From NCBI GenBank assembly GCA_012295275.1, contig CM022665.1, positions 38,626,001-38,690,000 on the forward strand: a stretch of 64,000 nt of DNA, in the 5' to 3' direction. Positions 59,201 to 64,000 of this stretch are shown here, piece after piece (the first letter of the stretch is position 1; each line of letters opens with the position of its first letter). This stretch comes from Chrysomallon squamiferum. Its lineage: Eukaryota > Animalia > Mollusca. Below the pieces are notes generated by a model. It saw nothing but the letters and a program-made list of their open reading frames with translations. It was not told the origin of the DNA and ran no database searches. A program made the translations under genes and the position numbers.

Positions 59201-59933
59201 TATTATTATTATTACCAGATATGCTGGGAAAACATCTTAATTGCAAAAAACATAAACAACAATGCCAACAGAAAGAAAAGAAATTATTCTCATTGACACA
59301 GAATCAAAAAAAAAAAAAAACAACAACAACAACAACAAAAAACCGCTTAGACACAACCTTACTAAGGTATTAACATCTGCTTGCAAGAACAACAAAATAA
59401 TGACACATTCTTCTTAAAGGGCCTTGAACGCTACGTCGCCATATTTCTGCGATCGATTTCGAAGGACACCACTTGCACAAACATTCTTCTAGATTCTGTT
59501 AAGACTCGGCAGTCTTTCCTTCTGGCGTTTCGAATCGACACGTAATGAATATTATTTGGAAAGACTTCATTTTTGCTTCATTTAATTTTCTTTGTGTGTC
59601 GTGTTTTAATACGACGGTTATGACACAGAAGTTGGCGATGCTGCAAAGCGGTTCAGTTTGGTGAATCAATGGTAAAGCAATAAAGGAAATGCTCTTTTTT
59701 TTTTTTTCCCCTTTTTTTTTTTTTCCCCATATGTTTGAAAAATGACGCCAATTGTAGTTTCCGTTGCGTGAGAAGTTGTCGTAAATAAAAGAGCTGTGCA
59801 ACGTGTGTAGATGACATACTACATGGTTTCATAATTCTGTGAGCAAAGTGGGTGAAAGGTTGCGCTGAGAATGAAATATTGTTATAAAGGAATTTGCAGC
59901 TGGTGTATCGGTGTGTGTGTGTGTGTGTGTGCG

Positions 59934-59969
<36 letters not shown>

Positions 59970-60387
59970 AGTAGTAGTAGTAGTAGTAGTAGTCAGTAGT
60001 AACAACAGCAGCAACGACAGTAGTAATAATAAAAGCAAAACTCACCTATAAATTCTATGGCTTCCTCGAAGTATTGTTTAAGATTTTGTTGGCAGCTATC
60101 ATTAGCTGGTAATCTCTTGTACTTGATCCCGTCTTTTTCAAAATGAAGAGGCACATGTGAAGTGACGTTAAGAATATAGTTTATGTTGTTGTTCATCAAA
60201 CATTCCAAACTAGCAGCATCTCTTTCGTTACCTGAAAGATATAACACATCAATTAATTTAGATTCTCTTCCCCAAAACGAATTAGCTCGTTTAAGGTTTA
60301 TTGTAAGTTTATAAAGACAGTGTTGAATCCAGGCTTTAGAAATATAGATATAACAATTTTTTTAGAAGCGTATAATTATGCTAAAAC

Positions 60388-60435
<48 letters not shown>

Positions 60436-60820
60436 CAACGTTAATATCTAAAACTTAATAATAACAGTTATATTAACAGTTATAAATACATACAAATATT
60501 TAACATTTGTTAAAATTCAGATATCTTGAACACATACCAAGATGTGAAAAATGTAATTAGTTAAGGCCTGGAAGAATCACAGTCTTGTTTTTGATATTTA
60601 CCCAGATACAGGACATTTTTAAAATGTTAAAACTTGGACTGCTGAAACTTACCTAGGTATAAGAAAGGTAGTATTTGTGAGGTAATGGCTTGTTCTATCT
60701 CTGCGTCTGGTTCGTGGATAGGCTGTCCGGTTGGGCTGTACAATGGCCGACTAAAACCCGGACACCTATCAGAACTCATACACAAATCTTTGTGTTTGTT
60801 GGAAAAATCTTTGAGACCTC
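55851..60820 (-). CDS. DUSP10: Dual-specificity MAPK phosphatase, DUSP10/MKP-5 (puckered-like); 5'-partial spliced CDS join(60820-60653, 60231-60046, 56116-55851), ~206 aa visible
   Basis: The spliced translation reads [14 protein letters not shown]...[12 protein letters not shown]|[61 protein letters not shown]|[88 protein letters not shown]. It has the HCxAGxSRS P-loop, the general-acid Asp (LPAND) and the [10 protein letters not shown] motif. The C-terminal tail closely resembles vertebrate DUSP10 (recalled as ...TPRILTPKLMGVETVV). All splice sites are GT-AG and preserve the frame. Confidence 0.93.
56640..57060. promoter_or_regulatory. CpG-rich intronic enhancer/promoter-like island in the last DUSP10 intron
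   Basis: (CG)8 run at 56724-56739, AP-1 at 56786-56792, two CCAAT (including GGCCAATCAG at ~56887-56896) and an E2F-like TTGGCGCG at ~56819-56826. Confidence 0.45.
60046..60231 (-). CDS. DUSP10: DUSP10-like internal exon (186 nt): N-terminal half of the DSP catalytic domain including the general-acid loop
   Basis: Acceptor atctttcag|GTAACGAA and donor ATAG|gtgag. Encodes GNERDA...YILNVT...YKRLPANDS...YFEEAIEFI; phase 1 at both ends. Confidence 0.93.
60653..60820 (-). CDS. DUSP10: DUSP10-like internal exon (168 nt): end of rhodanese/Cdc25-homology domain, linker and first strand of the catalytic domain
   Basis: Acceptor aatttcag|GAGGTCTC (intron ends at 60821) and donor CTAG|gtaag (intron starts at 60652). 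Encodes (G)GLKDF...ILPFLYL(G); phase 1 at both ends. Confidence 0.9.
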
Positions 60821-61628
60821 CTGAAATTAACAACACATACACTGTATAAATTAAAAAAAATAAACCTTAAATATTTAATAATTGATTTTTTGGGGGGATT
60901 TTTTTATTATTTTTTTAATTATTATTATTATTTTAAATAACACTAGTAGTATATACTGATTCAGCAAATGGATGTTAAAACATTAGGTATTTGTAATAAG
61001 GCAGCTTTTATATGCACCTTGTCATAGTATGTAAAACATCCACATACCATAAATGTACCAACTGATAATAAATTAGTCATGGAGCATTGGTTGTAACGGT
61101 AAATACACTAAACAGCTGAATGGTGATAAAATAATAAGAATAATACCACTAATCATCATCACCTTCACAAAAAAGATAAATAAATAATTCCAATTTCACA
61201 TAAACTTTGGACAAAACATTCAAAACACTTTTCAAACACATTTATCAAAACATATATATATATATGTGTGTTTTTTTTTTTAACAGTTTTTTTAGCCGTC
61301 TATCTATGCTTGGCTCGCCATTATTTCATAAAATATCATATTAATCGATTTATTATCTAAGACTTTTACGCTAAACTGGTGTTCTCCATTACTTTATACT
61401 TCATTATGTTTCCCTTACAGTTCGGAACGGCTATAAAAGCACCACTAATGGATGTACAGAAAATTCTTGAACTAAGGAACAAGTGGTCTGTAGGAAAACG
61501 GAAAAACATATTTGTAAAGAAAATGGACATATCTTAAGCGCTGTACAACAGTTATCGATTCCTAAACATTCGGAAGATGCCGATAGCATCGTTTTTCTTC
61601 TTGATGGAAAGATTTATTTGAGTAATGA

Positions 61629-61663
<35 letters not shown>

Positions 61664-61944
61664 ATTTGGTTTGACAAATATCGCATATGAAAGAGAAATC
61701 AGTATTCCGATGCTATTAGCGAGAAATTAATTTTTAAAATTTTTATTTTATTTTATTTTATTTTATTTCAGCTTTATGCATTTGGTTCTTAAATCATTCC
61801 TCTCTGATAAATGGTCTCAATAAACATTGCTGTAGTATTAGATTTAATATACCTAAATTATGCTTGTCAGTCAATAAAAAAACCCTTTTTTTTCTCTCTG
61901 ATTTGTGTATCAATATTTTCCGTAATAAAATATAACGAAGCATT

Positions 61945-61986
61945 AACCCACCCCCTCCTCCCCCCTCTATTTTAGATCCTCCGCTG
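61945..61986. mobile_element. Possible solo MITE terminus
   Basis: A C-rich run is followed by TAGATCCTCCGCTG, whose reverse complement CAGCGGAGGATCTA resembles the TIR at 53350. No partner end was identified. Confidence 0.3.
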
Positions 61987-63415
61987 AGTTTACTGAAATA
62001 TTTGCGGTTTTGCATTAAGCCATCACATCTCAAGAGCTGCACTGCGGAGGCCTTGTAAAGGATTCCTGATTGTGGCAGCTTACTAGATAAAGTAATTTAG
62101 TACTTGTCTTCTATAATGAATGTCAAGATACTTGTTCATATACTAACGATATATTATTTTTTTCCCAGGCAGGGCCTACTTTTTTTTTTTTTTTTTTTCG
62201 TTCTTGCAATGACTCATTGCTCTAGTAGCCAAAGATCGCCAACCTCTCCATAAGGAAAGCCAAAATGAACACATGTTGTTTTAATAATATAAACTGTTCG
62301 AGTGTGTACGTTCGTCTGTGTTGCTCTTCATAATGCCGGGTCGCTAACAGCACTCCACGGAATAGGATAAGGAATAGGGATTAAGGAATGATGGAGAGAC
62401 AGGAAGAGACAGAGAGTCAGAGACAGCTAGCTCTCGGTCAACGAACTTTAGGAACAGACGACATGAATGTGAAAAAAAAAAAAAAAAAGAAAAAAAAAAC
62501 GACAGAAATAATTTAGCGAGCGTAATAAGTAATGAGATCAACATAAAACTGTTGAAATTGATATGGAACAACACAATGTTGACGATAGAAAGCAAATAAT
62601 AATACAACTCGTTTTGTAATTTAGGTAATAATTACAGTAAATTAACTTTGCTAATTGAAATGAAGAGGAAATAACAATTACATTTTTTTTTTTTTAATTT
62701 ATTATGGGTCGTTCACTCTCACATTCTCTCTGTGCGAGTATGTATCTCTCTCTCTCTGTTTTTATGAAATCTTAATTTAATGTCTTTTTCACCTTAATTA
62801 TCCAGTCGTTCACATCAATTTATTAAACGATCGATTGTTGTTTAACCCCCCTCCACACTCAGATAAAAAAAAATTCAAAAACAATTCCTGTATTTAAATT
62901 AAACTTTAAAACATGAAAATACAAAATCATTCTAAACCGCGTTAACAAATACATTACTTAGTGTTTCAGAGAAATAAGCTATTCAAGAGTACTTGGAGCT
63001 GAAATTCAAGATCACCCTGCAACGTGTTGAAAATTTCAGTTATTTAACATTTTAAAGTGATTATCATCACGTGCAGGTGAAGTCAATTCTTATTATTAGA
63101 CACAGGTGAAACACAACATCATGCTCCGCCGTGCTATAAAAATTTGGGGTAAACGTGATTATCAAAATCAGTGTACCGTGACACGGAGTCTATTGTCTGG
63201 TCACCTCTCTGGCCCTTTTACAAAGTACTGACTAATATGTGGATATAGAGGTCATCGACTGTGCGTTACAGATATACAGTTATCTCATGTCAGCATTCTT
63301 TAACCGCTTTACACTGATAGATCTAATTTTTATTTGTTTTATTTTCAAAAACTTTTCGAAGTAATAATGTCCATTGTGAACGGTTTTTTTCTATTATGAA
63401 AATTTTAACCAACAC

Positions 63416-63449
<34 letters not shown>

Positions 63450-63811
63450 GTCGAAATATTTCTATGTCCTATGCATGTACAGACAGATAATTCAACTATA
63501 TTTTATTATATAGACTGCTTAAATGTATGGATTGTCTATCATATTAATTGCTGTTATTATTATTATTATTTTTTGAAGTTTTTCTTTTGTTAAATCACCC
63601 CCCCGATGTTCCCCTTACGTGTTCACACATGTACAGAAGTTAACACAAGTGTATACTGTTCTACAGTTAGAAGTGTACAGTCTTTGAAAGATATATTAAA
63701 ATATGCAGTTATTAAAAGATTTGTTTTACAAGAATGATTTAAGATTTCTAAGATTTTTTTTTTTTTTTTCTACCCCAGTACTCATTCAAAATTACAAATT
63801 GGTCATTGCAT

Positions 63812-63846
<35 letters not shown>

Positions 63847-64000
63847 TATTACTGGAAATACATTTTTTTTTTTTTTTTTTTTTTTTTTTGTCACAGAATT
63901 ATATAAAACTTCTAAAACTTTTTTTAATATCTTTCTGGGGATTCCACCCCCCTCCCTTCCCCGTCATTTATTAAAATTTTCAAATTTACTCATTATTTTG

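Noticed and set aside
60821-64000. Search for the upstream rhodanese/KIM exon of DUSP10
   Set aside because: No minus-strand reading frame with rhodanese features ending in a phase-1 donor was found (the gtgacc near 63194 is unconvincing). The exon probably lies beyond the window.

Overview
This is eukaryotic, very AT-rich, microsatellite-saturated animal DNA. The repeat style and decayed tRNA-derived SINE remnants suggest an invertebrate, possibly a mollusc, but the taxon is an inference. The only coding sequence I can support is the 3' part of a DUSP10/MKP-5 (puckered-like) MAP kinase phosphatase gene on the minus strand: three GT-AG exons (60820-60653, 60231-60046, 56116-55851), all joined in phase 1, encoding the end of the rhodanese domain, the linker and a complete catalytic domain. 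Its 5' exons were not found in the window. A long 3' UTR (~3.8 kb, ending ~51970-52040) is likely. The remaining ~52 kb has no recognisable CDS, and most listed ORFs there are translations of simple repeats. It consists of short CpG-containing unique islands between repeat tracts. These islands carry an apparent excess of perfect AP-1 sites (22 counted by eye in the window), CACGTG E-boxes, CRE sites and PAR-bZIP sites, and there is one CArG+CRE composite, consistent with a large stress/immediate-early regulatory domain around a JNK/p38 feedback phosphatase. A MITE with perfect terminal inverted repeats lies in the putative 3' UTR. I found no CRISPR array, rRNA, intact tRNA or novel protein system. 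All motif counts were made by eye and need computational confirmation.
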